A stretch of 64,000 nt of DNA from an uncultured virus (IMG/VR IMGVR_UViG_3300042890_006716) (taxonomy: Duplodnaviria > Heunggongvirae > Uroviricota > Caudoviricetes): IMG/VR virus record IMGVR_UViG_3300042890_006716. The stretch is one strand, 5' to 3'. Below are positions 10,765 to 21,182 of the stretch, piece after piece; positions within the stretch are counted from its first letter, which is position 1; the number at the start of each line of letters is the position of its first letter. The notes under the pieces are model-generated. The model searched no databases. It was not told where the DNA came from and saw only the letters and a program-made list of their open reading frames with translations. The translations under genes and the position numbers were made by a program.

Positions 10765-10971
10765 ATGGGAAAAAAAGCAAAAGAACATCGTAAAAAGGTT
10801 GCTGCTCGCAACCAACAAATTAAAGCGGCTCAGAACGCTTATCAAAAAATGATGAACGAGCAAATGCAAAAGTATTTAGCTGACTTGAGAGAAAACGCTC
10901 TTAAACAACAAGAACAAGAAGGTGACGTACAAAATAGCGGAACCACAGGATTCAGCGGAATTCAAGGATAA
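10765..10971 (+). CDS. Hypothetical basic protein
   Basis: ORF coupled to the Rad50-like gene (TAATG overlap). Confidence 0.65.
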   Translation: MGKKAKEHRKKVAARNQQIKAAQNAYQKMMNEQMQKYLADLRENALKQQEQEGDVQNSGTTGFSGIQG

Positions 10972-13343
10972 TGGACTTATTCAACCCACCAAAATTATTT
11001 GATTACAAAAATATGCCTAAAAAAATTAAAATAGAAGAATACGAAAATCCATACGTACAAGTTATATGGGAAGATACGCCCGAGAACTTTACTCAAGAAA
11101 GAATTAAAAGTGTTAAACAATACTTCACTAAAAAGTATAACACAACCAACGTTAACGTTATTACAAAGAGTAAACAATCTGAAGAAGTTACTCAAACAGT
11201 TGACGTGTCTTTCAATATTATGGATAAGAACTACCAACGAGAACTTATTAAAAGTATGTTGGAGTCTAAAGGTTCTATGGATTTGTATGACTCAATAATT
11301 TCTATTGATGGTGCGGTTGATAATAAATTGTTGGTTGAAGATGTTGAACTAACACCATTCAAAAAATGGTTCATTAAGAAAATACATTTTTCAAACTTTC
11401 TAAGTTATGGGGACAATCAAGTTTTGGATTTTGAAAAATGTAATGGTATTACGGTTGTGGAATCAGACCCACCAAACTTTGGTGGTAAGACAGTATTAAC
11501 TGTAGATTTATTGATGTTTTTGTTTTTCAACACAACATCCAAAACTCAAAAGGCTGAAGAAATCTTTAACAGGTTCCGAGATTCTAATAAAGTTTCTGTA
11601 AGAGGTGAAATTGTTATTGACGGTGATGAATACATTGTTAGTCGTAACATTGAAAGAAAAAAAGCAAAGTCTGGTGATTGGAATGTTAAAACAGAATTGG
11701 ACTTCTTGAAAAAATTACCTGATGGTAGTTATCAAAATTTTACTGGTGAACAACGTAGAGAGACTGAAAAGTTTATCAAAAATTCTATTGGTGAAATGGA
11801 TGATTTCTTGATGACAATTTTAACAACCTCTAGTAATCTTGAAGAACTTATTGATTCCAAACCAACTGCTCGTGGACAAGTGTTATCAAGATTTATGGGA
11901 CTTGAGTTTCTAAAAAGAAAAGAAGAAGCTGCCAAGGAGATTTACAGTGAATTTTCAAAAGGTATGTTGTCTAACGTTTACAATTCAGAGACTTTAAAGC
12001 AAGAGATTACCACATCACAGGAACAAATTATAACTGTTAAACAAAGTGATGAAAATCTTGAGAAAGAGTTAAAAGATGTTAGTGACCGTTTATCAAGAGG
12101 TCAAGAATATAAAGATGGTTTATTAAATGCCAAATTTAGTGACATTGACCAAGAATTGTTATCATTAAACCCACTATCACTTAAAAGTGAGATATCAAAT
12201 GTTGAGGGTGAATGTGAAAAAATAGAACAACAAATAAAGTCAGTTGTTGTTAAAGAACCGACTCAATATTATCACGAGGATAAACACGATGTGGTTAGAC
12301 GTGAGATTAGTGACGTTAATATTCAAATTGCTCAGATTGAGATTCAAATTGAAGGGTTGGAGAAATTAAAGTCTGAGGTTTCAGGTGGCATAAAGTGTGA
12401 GCACTGTGGGATTGAATTAATGAACGCTGCAATTACACAGGCAAAAATCGCCGAGCTTGACGGATTTATCGTGCAAAAAGACGAGAAATTGAAGTTAATG
12501 CAGGATTTAACCGTCAAAGAACAAGGATTCACACAACTTAAAAAAGAGTTTGACGAATATGAGAAGAATAAACTTATTCGTGAAAAGTATGAGGTTTCTC
12601 TCGAGGCAACAAAGTTGAAACTTGAAAGAGTTAAGGACAAACTAAGAAGATATGAGGAGTCTCAAGAAAAAATTAAAAAGAACCAGGAACTTGAAGCTCA
12701 GATTTTAAAGGCACAACTTCGTATTGATGAACTTATAAATCAAAAAAGAGGATTTGAGAGACAACAAGTACAAAACGCGAATCAAATTCAAAACTTTGAA
12801 GATAAAATTAGTAAGAATACAGATTTGATTACTAAAATTGGACAAGAGTTTGAACGTGAAAAGGTCTATAAATTGTATTTGGAGTTGTATGGTAAGAATG
12901 GTATTTCTAAAATTATTATGAAGACTATGATGCCTGTCATCAACCAAGAATTACAAAGACTTTTACAAGACTCTTGTTATTTCAACCTTGAAATTAGAAT
13001 TAATGATAAGAATGAGGTTGAGTTCATTATGATTGATAATTCTACTGGAGTTGAAAAACTTATGGCTTCTGGTTCAGGGTATGAGAGAACAATTGCAAGT
13101 ATGGCACTTCGTTCAGTCTTAAGTAAGATATGTTCACTACCAAAACCAAATGTTATTGTTTGGGATGAGGTATTCGGTAAAATCTCCAATGAGAATCTGG
13201 AATTAGTTGGTGAGTTCTTTTCTAAGATTAAAGATTACTTTGAAAAGATATTTGTTATCACACACAATCCTTTAGTGTCCAACTGGGCTGACAATATCGT
13301 TAAGATTAAAAAGGATGATAACGTATCAAATGTTATACAATAG
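10971..13343 (+). CDS. Rad50/SbcC (gp46-like) SMC ATPase
   Basis: NFLSYG, variant Walker A NFGGKT, coiled coil with CEHC zinc hook, SGYE signature, IVWDE Walker B, ITH. Confidence 0.9.
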   Translation: MDLFNPPKLFDYKNMPKKIKIEEYENPYVQVIWEDTPENFTQERIKSVKQYFTKKYNTTNVNVITKSKQSEEVTQTVDVSFNIMDKNYQRELIKSMLESKGSMDLYDSIISIDGAVDNKLLVEDVELTPFKKWFIKKIHFSNFLSYGDNQVLDFEKCNGITVVESDPPNFGGKTVLTVDLLMFLFFNTTSKTQKAEEIFNRFRDSNKVSVRGEIVIDGDEYIVSRNIERKKAKSGDWNVKTELDFLKKLPDGSYQNFTGEQRRETEKFIKNSIGEMDDFLMTILTTSSNLEELIDSKPTARGQVLSRFMGLEFLKRKEEAAKEIYSEFSKGMLSNVYNSETLKQEITTSQEQIITVKQSDENLEKELKDVSDRLSRGQEYKDGLLNAKFSDIDQELLSLNPLSLKSEISNVEGECEKIEQQIKSVVVKEPTQYYHEDKHDVVRREISDVNIQIAQIEIQIEGLEKLKSEVSGGIKCEHCGIELMNAAITQAKIAELDGFIVQKDEKLKLMQDLTVKEQGFTQLKKEFDEYEKNKLIREKYEVSLEATKLKLERVKDKLRRYEESQEKIKKNQELEAQILKAQLRIDELINQKRGFERQQVQNANQIQNFEDKISKNTDLITKIGQEFEREKVYKLYLELYGKNGISKIIMKTMMPVINQELQRLLQDSCYFNLEIRINDKNEVEFIMIDNSTGVEKLMASGSGYERTIASMALRSVLSKICSLPKPNVIVWDEVFGKISNENLELVGEFFSKIKDYFEKIFVITHNPLVSNWADNIVKIKKDDNVSNVIQ

Positions 13344-13392
13344 GTTGGTTATTTAGAAATTAAGTTGTATCTTAGCATTATAATTTTAATCT

Positions 13393-13935
13393 ATGACAAA
13401 GTACAACTTAATTATCTCTTTTAAGGACTTTAACGACAAACACAAAAACGATATTATTATGGTGGTATCACCAGTCGTTGGGTCTGAAAATTTTTCTTAT
13501 CTTTACAATTCAGGTTTGTTTTTTTTTCATTTCAAGAGTGAAATGACTAAAGATGAGATTAAATCATATGTTCACGATGCTTTTTACGGTAACATATATG
13601 GAATTTTTGTCAGTGAAACTGACAATATGTCAGTCTTTTTACCTGATGATGACGAAAAGTGGTTTTTTAACATCGATAATCCAAATTCGGAACTAAATTT
13701 GTCATCTGTTAATATGACGAATGTTAAGAATGGAACGGAAGGGTTTTCAATATTAGAATTTCTTGAAAATGAAGATGACGATGATGATGAAGACGACATT
13801 ATTGATATCATTCGTCGCTCAAAAAACAAAATCAAGATACCTACATTAGACGACCTTTTAGAAAAAATATACGACCAAGGACTTGAAACACTAACAGAAG
13901 AAGAACAACAAATTTTAAAAACCTACATTAAGTGA
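13393..13935 (+). CDS. Hypothetical protein with acidic tract and DUF6576-like C-terminus
   Basis: C-terminal LDDLLEKIYDQGLETLTEEEQQIL. Confidence 0.6.
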   Translation: MTKYNLIISFKDFNDKHKNDIIMVVSPVVGSENFSYLYNSGLFFFHFKSEMTKDEIKSYVHDAFYGNIYGIFVSETDNMSVFLPDDDEKWFFNIDNPNSELNLSSVNMTNVKNGTEGFSILEFLENEDDDDDEDDIIDIIRRSKNKIKIPTLDDLLEKIYDQGLETLTEEEQQILKTYIK

Positions 13936-14741
13936 GACATATGAAAGACAAAAATTTAAGTATCCCTATTAATCAAGAAGAGATTGCAACTTATCTTAAA
14001 GATATTCGTAAGATAAAAGTTATGACACCTGATAGAGAAAAACAACTCGCTCAGAGAATGTTATCGGATGATTTGACGTTAACAGAGAAACGTCAAATTG
14101 AACAAGAATTGTTAACAGGTAATCTCCGATTTGTAATTACTGTTGCCAAACAATACCAAAATCAAGGATTAGAACTTTGTGACCTAATTGCTGAAGGTAA
14201 TCTTGGATTACTTAAAGCTGTTGAAAATTTCGATTGGTCCAAACAGCTAAGGTTTATTTCATATGCGGTTTGGTGGGTAAGACAATCAATCCTACAATCA
14301 CTTAACGAGAATGCGAGAACTATTCGTCTTCCTGTGAATGTTGTTCAAGAACTTCAAAAGGCTAAAAAAGAACTTGAGAAGAGTGGGGTTGAGTTACCCG
14401 AAAAGTTTGTAACCCTTCCTTATACGGTTAATTATGATAATCCCCTCAATGAAGATGGTGATACTTTGTTGGATGTTTTGAGTAATCCTGATGCTTTGGC
14501 ACCTGACTCCGGATTTCATACAAAAGACATCCTTAAAGACAAGTTGAAAGGTATCTTAGAAGTTTTAGATGACCGTGAAAAAATTATCATTGAAGATTAC
14601 TACGGATTGTCAGGAAATACCCGTACACTTGAAGATATTGGTAATGACTTCCAATTAACTAAGGAACGTGTTAGACAAATTAAAGAGAAGGCTTTACGTA
14701 AGTTGCGTAATGAGTCTAGTGAACTTTTTGATTATCTATAA
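13932..14741 (+). CDS. RNA polymerase sigma-70 factor (Bacteroidota RpoD-like)
   Basis: Region 1.2 YLKDI; region 2 NLRFVITVAKQYQNQG and RFISYAVWWVRQSI; region 4 TLEDIG..LTKERVRQIKEKALRKLR. True start may be the ATG at 13941. Confidence 0.92.
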   Translation: MRHMKDKNLSIPINQEEIATYLKDIRKIKVMTPDREKQLAQRMLSDDLTLTEKRQIEQELLTGNLRFVITVAKQYQNQGLELCDLIAEGNLGLLKAVENFDWSKQLRFISYAVWWVRQSILQSLNENARTIRLPVNVVQELQKAKKELEKSGVELPEKFVTLPYTVNYDNPLNEDGDTLLDVLSNPDALAPDSGFHTKDILKDKLKGILEVLDDREKIIIEDYYGLSGNTRTLEDIGNDFQLTKERVRQIKEKALRKLRNESSELFDYL

Positions 14742-14773
14742 GATTTTTGGATATTTATTTATAAAAAAAAACT

Positions 14774-15061
14774 ATGAAAGAATTTATTAAAAAGAATTTC
14801 ACTGTGATTGTTTTGGTAATTGCGGTGTTGAGTTTCTTCAAAAGTTGTGGAGACACTCGTGAGTTGTCAAAAATTAGAAAAGAGATTGGTGTAATCAAAG
14901 ACTCCACATACACTAAAGAAGAATTGAATTTAAGACTTCAGATTGAAGGGTTGAAATCCGAAAAAAGAATGATTCAATCAACTGATAGAAAAATTTTAGA
15001 TGTTAATAGACAAACTCAAATTGACAATGAAATTTCGTCATTAGAAGCTAAAATGAAATAA
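14774..15061 (+). CDS. Small membrane-anchored or lipoprotein-like protein
   Basis: N-terminal hydrophobic helix ending KSCG. Confidence 0.65.
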   Translation: MKEFIKKNFTVIVLVIAVLSFFKSCGDTRELSKIRKEIGVIKDSTYTKEELNLRLQIEGLKSEKRMIQSTDRKILDVNRQTQIDNEISSLEAKMK

Positions 15062-15063
15062 CT

Positions 15064-15744
15064 ATGAATTGGATACAAAGGAATTTTAAAAAAATCATCT
15101 ACTTTGCATTTTTGATTCCAATTCTAACAGTTGCATTTGTTTCAATATCTCACGTTACTACTTGGTATGGAATAAGTAATCCTGTTACTTGGGCAATCTA
15201 TCTATCAGTAGGTATTGAAATTGCTGCGTTGTCAGCACTTGCTGCAATATCAGCACAAATGGGTAGAAAAGTTTATTTACCATTTGGTATTGTAACATTA
15301 ATACAATTTATTGGTAACATATTTTTTGCTTATCAGTATATTGATATGAATGGAGATATGTTCAAGAGTTGGGTTGAAATGACAGACCCTCTCGTTTCAT
15401 ATATTGGAGTTGAATCTGGTAACCTTGTGTCACATAAAAGATTCTTAGCGTTCTTTGCTGGTGGTATGTTACCACTAATTTCTCTTTCGTTTTTACATAT
15501 GTTAGTTAAATTTGAGGAACAGGATAAGAAAACTTTACCACCTGACGTTGACATTGACGAAATATCGAAAGAAGTTGCTAAGAAAGAATTCGAAAGAGAT
15601 GAGAATGAAAGGTTAAAAGCGTCACAAGAAGAGATTGAAAGACTACAAAAACTTCTTGATGAAATGAACAGGAAAAAGTTTGAAAATTTATCCGAAGAAC
15701 AAAACAATATAAACCGACTATCCTATACAGGACGAAATGGATGA
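15064..15744 (+). CDS. Multi-pass membrane protein
   Basis: About 4 hydrophobic segments and a charged C-terminal tail. Confidence 0.7.
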   Translation: MNWIQRNFKKIIYFAFLIPILTVAFVSISHVTTWYGISNPVTWAIYLSVGIEIAALSALAAISAQMGRKVYLPFGIVTLIQFIGNIFFAYQYIDMNGDMFKSWVEMTDPLVSYIGVESGNLVSHKRFLAFFAGGMLPLISLSFLHMLVKFEEQDKKTLPPDVDIDEISKEVAKKEFERDENERLKASQEEIERLQKLLDEMNRKKFENLSEEQNNINRLSYTGRNG

Positions 15745-16348
15745 AGTAATCGTTTACGGTAAATTTAAGACACAAAAAAAACTTAAAGAAAAAAGACAGA
15801 TTGTGCTCTGTCATACATCAAGGGAGGCAAGTGAATACTTGACCTCCCTTAAGTTTAGAATGGGGGGTAACTATACTAAGTTACCTCACTATCTAATAAC
15901 TCGAGAAGGTAGAGTATTAGAGATATTATCACCGAATTACACTAGTGATTTTTTAATTAATGATAGGATTAAAAAAAATCATATAATTGTTTGTTTTGAA
16001 AACTATGGATGGTTAAATAAAAAACCTCTTTCTGAACACTACTTGAATTGGATTGGTAATATTTATAAAGATAATGTATATGAAAAGAAGTGGAGAGACT
16101 ATTTCTTTTGGCAACCATACACGGATGTTCAAATCGAGAAATCTGTTGAACTTTGTAAAATGTTGTGTGAGAAATTTTCAATACCAAATAAATTCGTAGG
16201 GCATAATACAAAATTCGATGGCATCGAAAACTTCAAGGGAATAGTTTCAAGAAGTAATTATGACCAAAGATTTACAGATTTAAGTCCTGCATTTCCTTTC
16301 ACATCATTCAAAAAACAAATAGAAGATGAACAACTTAGCGAACAATAG
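15737..16348 (+). CDS. N-acetylmuramoyl-L-alanine amidase-like protein (Amidase_2 fold)
   Basis: IVLCHT, PHYLITREG, IIVCFEN, YTDVQI and DLSPAF motifs; some catalytic residues look divergent. Confidence 0.7.
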   Translation: MDEVIVYGKFKTQKKLKEKRQIVLCHTSREASEYLTSLKFRMGGNYTKLPHYLITREGRVLEILSPNYTSDFLINDRIKKNHIIVCFENYGWLNKKPLSEHYLNWIGNIYKDNVYEKKWRDYFFWQPYTDVQIEKSVELCKMLCEKFSIPNKFVGHNTKFDGIENFKGIVSRSNYDQRFTDLSPAFPFTSFKKQIEDEQLSEQ

Positions 16349-16901
16349 GTACGACGAAATTAAAGACTTGTTAAAGACATCAAGATTGGTGATGGAACAA
16401 TTAAACGCCGAAAAACTTGGACCAATGAATATTGGTAAGAGTATCGAAGATGAAATCGAACAGGATGAATACGATACTGCTGAGAATGGTAAAGAAAAAG
16501 AGGCTGACGATGAGTATGTCCAAAAATATAGAATATCAGGTGGGATACTAGCCATTCACGGAAAAGAAAAATCTGATACAGACATTACAACTGACGATAA
16601 AGTTGCTTTCCAAGAGACTATGGATGACTTCTCTGAAGAGGTTTCAGACCTTTCAGATTTTAATCAATTAAACCTATACCCAACTACTGTTGAATGGTCA
16701 GGTAAAATTATCGATAAAGATATTGATTTTATTTATACTATTGGTGAAAGTAGTGGTACTTACATCAACGGGAATATGTTGAAAGTTGATGATGAGACTT
16801 TAGAAACAATTAATAAGTTAAAAAGTTTTTACGATAAATTTAAAGTTAAGTGGTCGAGGGTTTTAGCTTCAAGAAAACAAACAACACAAGATGAAGAGTA
16901 A
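16326..16901 (+). CDS. Hypothetical protein
   Basis: 191-aa ORF overlapping both neighbours. Confidence 0.7.
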   Translation: MNNLANNRYDEIKDLLKTSRLVMEQLNAEKLGPMNIGKSIEDEIEQDEYDTAENGKEKEADDEYVQKYRISGGILAIHGKEKSDTDITTDDKVAFQETMDDFSEEVSDLSDFNQLNLYPTTVEWSGKIIDKDIDFIYTIGESSGTYINGNMLKVDDETLETINKLKSFYDKFKVKWSRVLASRKQTTQDEE

Positions 16902-17259
16902 TCTAATCATATCATATATTAAGAACAACTACAAATCTATATTAATATTTGTTGTGTGTCTTTTTATATTGTATTGGATGATTTTTGTTTTAACACCTTT
17001 AAGTAAGATGAGTGAAGAAGCTCGTTTTGAAATTAGAGAGTTAAATAATAAGATTGAAAATATCGAAAAAAAACAAGAGAAACTACAAACTGAGATTGAA
17101 AAGTATGAAGTTAAAATTGAAGAGACAAACAACAGTATACAACAAATAAAAGAGATTAGAATTAAAGTAGGGAATGAATATGGTAAAAAGATTAATTCTG
17201 TTAGTAATTTTACTGACACTGAGCTTACCAAGTTTTTCACAGACCGTTACTCAAAGTAA
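16891..17259 (+). CDS. Membrane-anchored coiled-coil protein (i-spanin-like)
   Basis: N-terminal TM segment and coiled coil; overlaps the next gene by 86 nt. Confidence 0.5.
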   Translation: MKSNLIISYIKNNYKSILIFVVCLFILYWMIFVLTPLSKMSEEARFEIRELNNKIENIEKKQEKLQTEIEKYEVKIEETNNSIQQIKEIRIKVGNEYGKKINSVSNFTDTELTKFFTDRYSK

Positions 17260-17602
17260 AGATAGCCAGGTAGTAGTTTTACCTGTTAAAGTTGCTAGAG
17301 AGGTTGTTAAAGATTTGATGAGGGGTGATTCGGCGATTGCTCAATTATCTTTGGCTAATATTCAAATCACACAATTAGAATTAAAAGTTACTTATCAAGA
17401 TTCAGTAATACAAAAACTAAAGTCAAAAGAGGATAATTACATTACCTTAGTTGAAAGTGAAAAAAGAAAAAATGAAATCTTAAACGATGAGATAAAAACC
17501 ACTCAAAAAGAATTAAGAAAAGTTAAAACAAAAAAAACTTTTTCTCAGATAATTTCAGGAGCAATAATTCTGACTTTGAGTTATTTATACATAACAAAGT
17601 AA
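17174..17602 (+). CDS. Exported coiled-coil protein with C-terminal TM (spanin-like partner)
   Basis: Signal peptide, heptads and a hydrophobic C-terminus. Confidence 0.5.
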   Translation: MNMVKRLILLVILLTLSLPSFSQTVTQSKDSQVVVLPVKVAREVVKDLMRGDSAIAQLSLANIQITQLELKVTYQDSVIQKLKSKEDNYITLVESEKRKNEILNDEIKTTQKELRKVKTKKTFSQIISGAIILTLSYLYITK

Positions 17603-17847
17603 TGGCACTAACAAGTTCAGACGTAAAAGAAATAGAGGTATTAATTCGTAAAGAAATAAAGAGCTTTATGAATACTAATACTATTAAGCAATTCGAAGAC
17701 AAAATGATGGACACGATTGCCAAAGAAATAAAAAGAGGTAAACTTCAAGGAGACATTAAAGATATTACTTTAAGAATGTTTAGAGAGTTCTACCAATTTA
17801 TGTGGATGAACCGTTCATATTGGGAACCAAGATTAAGAAACGCATAA
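17602..17847 (+). CDS. Hypothetical protein
   Basis: ORF in operon. Confidence 0.65.
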   Translation: MALTSSDVKEIEVLIRKEIKSFMNTNTIKQFEDKMMDTIAKEIKRGKLQGDIKDITLRMFREFYQFMWMNRSYWEPRLRNA

Positions 17848-17848
17848 G

Positions 17849-18820
17849 ATGAGAAGTAGTTCAGATTTATTTAAAAAAGGTATTATGGCGGCTTATACAT
17901 CACAGCCGAATGTCAAATTAAATTCTGACACTATTGGGGATGCTTTGAAATATTCTATGAATATGGAGGGTGAGACAAAAGAATCTGAATACGAAGATGC
18001 TAAAAATAAATTCAAAGAAGATTTGAAATTAGATTCTGATTTTGTTGAGTTTAAGAAAAAATCTAGAAAACACGATAAAGACACTGGTGACCAATACAGT
18101 TACGGTGTTCCAAATGCGGCGTCTAATGACCCATTTGTAAAAAAGAAAAAATATGGTAGGGTTAATAAAATAGAGGCTGATGAGGCAACAGGTGCATCAT
18201 CTGCAGGTCCATTTTCAGCACCATTATTTACTAAAGAGGAAACAAATGAAACTGAAAAGATACCTGGTGGTTTAGCCAAAGGTAAAACACTTAAGGATAT
18301 TGCTAAAATGCACTCTAAAGGTAAAATGAAGGGTGAAATTGAAGATGTGTTTAAAACCTTAAAGAAAGAACTTGTTAAGGGTGTTAAAACTGAATTAGAA
18401 CATACCGATAGTATTAAAATTGCAATGGAGATTGCAAAAGACCATTTATATGAAGACCCACATTACTATACAAAATTATCTAAGATTGAGAGTAAAGAAG
18501 GTGATATAGAAAAGGTTGAAGCAACAGAAGCAACTACGTCAGCCTCAGTAGGAGCTTACTCAACACCGGCATTTATTGCTAAAAATAAGAAAAACTGGAG
18601 AGGGGGTAAGAAACCAATTTATAAAGGAGGAAAGTTTGTTAAGGTCAAAAAGAAATGTTTGACCTTTCCCTATTGTAATCAAGGGGCAGGTGCAGTTAAA
18701 ATTTTTGAAAATGGTTCAGTTAAAGAAGCAATTAATTCGGCTAGTCAAAAATTGGGTGTTGATGAACAAATAATCAAAAAGATACTTTATTACAATCTAA
18801 AAACTAAAAACAAAAAATAA
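17849..18820 (+). CDS. Protein with DUF5661-like domain
   Basis: KGVKTELEHT...EIAKDHLYEDPHYYTKL; duplicated EAT.ASS.G.(F/Y)S.P motif. Confidence 0.6.
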   Translation: MRSSSDLFKKGIMAAYTSQPNVKLNSDTIGDALKYSMNMEGETKESEYEDAKNKFKEDLKLDSDFVEFKKKSRKHDKDTGDQYSYGVPNAASNDPFVKKKKYGRVNKIEADEATGASSAGPFSAPLFTKEETNETEKIPGGLAKGKTLKDIAKMHSKGKMKGEIEDVFKTLKKELVKGVKTELEHTDSIKIAMEIAKDHLYEDPHYYTKLSKIESKEGDIEKVEATEATTSASVGAYSTPAFIAKNKKNWRGGKKPIYKGGKFVKVKKKCLTFPYCNQGAGAVKIFENGSVKEAINSASQKLGVDEQIIKKILYYNLKTKNKK

Positions 18821-18860
18821 AACGATTACATAATCGTGGATATTTATAATTAAAAATCGT

Positions 18861-20600
18861 ATGGACAATTTTTCAAAATATATTGACAACATCGTTGAAA
18901 AAGCATTAAATGAAGCTTTGGAGGCTAAGGCTGACCAAATTGTTTCTGAAATTGCCAAAAAAGTTGAAACCACTGAAAAACTACACGGTAGACAAAGTGA
19001 GTTAGACAAGAACAAGAATAATAAAATAGATGCTGGGGACTTCAAACTTCTACGTAAGAAAAAACCTATGAAAGAATACACTATGGGTGATGATGACATT
19101 GAAGGGGTTAAACCTTACGGTGATTTTGAAACTGATAGTCCTAAAAAAGTAGGCAAGGTTAAAAATGTAGGATACAATTACGAAAAGAAAGTTGCTAAAG
19201 AATTCAATGAAAGTAAATTTTTAGGTCAAAACAGAGGTGATAAAGAGTATTGGACTGATGAAAGGGATAGAGAGTACACTGGTGGTTTTGATTTTGATTA
19301 TGACGAGGAAGAGTTTGATGATTATGATTCATTTACTGAAAAGGCTGGCAATCAAAGGTGGTTTCAAAGTGGAGACCAAAGTGATAGTGGTAGAAGAATA
19401 TTTAACACATATCGTGACAAATGGGGACCATTGAAATTACGTAAAAAAAGAATGGATATTGGTGAAGAAGATAGAGATGAGTTTGATGGTAGACCATCTA
19501 AAGTTATTGGTGTTTACTCGGATATAAAAAAACAAAGAATGGGTGAACAAGGAGAGACTGAAGAAGGTAATGCATTCTCAGGGGCTTTAGCAAAGGCTAA
19601 GAAAGAAGGTAAAGATAGTTTTACTGTTGACGGTAAAAAATATGAAGTTACTGAAAAGTGGAAAGGAAATGTTGATGTTAAACAAACTGGTCAATATTCT
19701 GATATGACAATTGATGATTTAGATAAGGCAATCAAAAAATTGAAAGACAAGACTCAGAAATTAAAAGATGATGGTAAGAAAGTACCACATACTGATAAGA
19801 CAAAAATGAGTCAATTATACTTTGCAAAAAGAGCTAAAAAAGATTGGCCTGGTAAAGGTAAAGCTAAAGTTAATGAAAGTGTTAAATTGACTGAAAATGA
19901 AATAATTGATTTAATTGAAAGAATTGTAATGGAACAATCAAATATTAGTAAAAAAAGTTCTTCAGTTGAACCCGATTTCAATAAGGTTGAAAAGAAAAAC
20001 AAAGAGGTTAATGACAAACACATCAAAGACACTGTTAAGAAGATGAAAGAGTATTTAAAAGATGCTTCTGAAGGTGAATATGATATGGAACCTAAGAAAT
20101 TCCCAAGGGGTAACGGTGAAATGAAAGAAACACCTAAGAAAGCTTATAAAGCTTCAGATGCTGTTGAGGAATACATTGACGATTTTGCATATCCTGGTAT
20201 GACTAATTTGGTTTATGACGAGATTAAACCAAATGATGAGTGGATTGAGGCTAACTTAAAAGGTTCATCTAAAACGGGTAATGCTCAAGTTGACAAAGAT
20301 GGGAATGCTTTAGGTAATGTTGTTCCATCAGAACTTGGTGAAAAGATGTATAAAAACTTTGAGGATAATGTTTATGGTGCAGAACAAATGAACGCGTCTT
20401 ATAAGAGATATCCACAACCTGTGGACCAAGCTGGTGAGTCAACAGAACAAGGTGATTTGAAACTTAAGAAAGGTGCTAAAAAATCACAAGACATCTTCAA
20501 AAAATTAGGTGAGAGTAAAGAAAATAAACAAGAGAAATTAATTTCTGAAGAGATTCAAAAAATGAAAAGTCTTGTTGATTATAACAAAAAAACTCAATAA
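18861..20600 (+). CDS. Large charged protein, probable head/internal protein
   Basis: KLTENEIIDLIERIVMEQ and LISEEIQKMKSL motifs; TATTTAT upstream. Confidence 0.6.
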   Translation: MDNFSKYIDNIVEKALNEALEAKADQIVSEIAKKVETTEKLHGRQSELDKNKNNKIDAGDFKLLRKKKPMKEYTMGDDDIEGVKPYGDFETDSPKKVGKVKNVGYNYEKKVAKEFNESKFLGQNRGDKEYWTDERDREYTGGFDFDYDEEEFDDYDSFTEKAGNQRWFQSGDQSDSGRRIFNTYRDKWGPLKLRKKRMDIGEEDRDEFDGRPSKVIGVYSDIKKQRMGEQGETEEGNAFSGALAKAKKEGKDSFTVDGKKYEVTEKWKGNVDVKQTGQYSDMTIDDLDKAIKKLKDKTQKLKDDGKKVPHTDKTKMSQLYFAKRAKKDWPGKGKAKVNESVKLTENEIIDLIERIVMEQSNISKKSSSVEPDFNKVEKKNKEVNDKHIKDTVKKMKEYLKDASEGEYDMEPKKFPRGNGEMKETPKKAYKASDAVEEYIDDFAYPGMTNLVYDEIKPNDEWIEANLKGSSKTGNAQVDKDGNALGNVVPSELGEKMYKNFEDNVYGAEQMNASYKRYPQPVDQAGESTEQGDLKLKKGAKKSQDIFKKLGESKENKQEKLISEEIQKMKSLVDYNKKTQ

Positions 20601-20629
20601 CACTACAATTAATATAATTTGATTTTATG

Positions 20630-20659
20630 ATTCTCCATAGGAAACTATGGAGAATTTTT
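20630..20659 (+). terminator. GAAA-capped hairpin overlapping the downstream start codon
   Basis: ATTCTCCATAG-GAAA-CTATGGAGAAT followed by TTTT. Confidence 0.55.
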
Positions 20660-21111
20660 ATAATTGGATAACCCAACCTGTGCCAAAGGAAGACGTTGAG
20701 ATATGGTTTAATATCCATAATATGATACCTGAAAGGGTTGAGTTATTTAATGATATTGTTGAATCTTTAACCACATTAGTGGTAACAACATATCTTGGTG
20801 ACGACACATTAGAAACTAAAATTAAATTTTCTGAAGAAGATATAACAAATCACTTTAATTGGTGTTGGAACAAAATATTAGAAAACTTCCAAAAGGAAAA
20901 TATTCTCATAGATTCTGATGGTGAACATAAAGATTATATGAAGGTGTTTATGAACGACAGCTTTTATAATCAAAAAGATGAGAACATCAGAAAATCAATC
21001 AACTTATTTGTAAAAGACTTATTTGACTTAGACAAAACTTTTGTTAAATCTGACCTGGATATATTAACAGAGGTTTATAAACTATTTAATCGTTCTGTAA
21101 TTCATTTATAA
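20647..21111 (+). CDS. Hypothetical protein
   Basis: 154-aa ORF. Confidence 0.7.
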   Translation: MENFYNWITQPVPKEDVEIWFNIHNMIPERVELFNDIVESLTTLVVTTYLGDDTLETKIKFSEEDITNHFNWCWNKILENFQKENILIDSDGEHKDYMKVFMNDSFYNQKDENIRKSINLFVKDLFDLDKTFVKSDLDILTEVYKLFNRSVIHL

Positions 21112-21182
21112 TTGGGTTGATTATGGTTTAATCTATATTATAATTAAACCAACAAATAAACAGATTTTATTTTTAATTGAAA

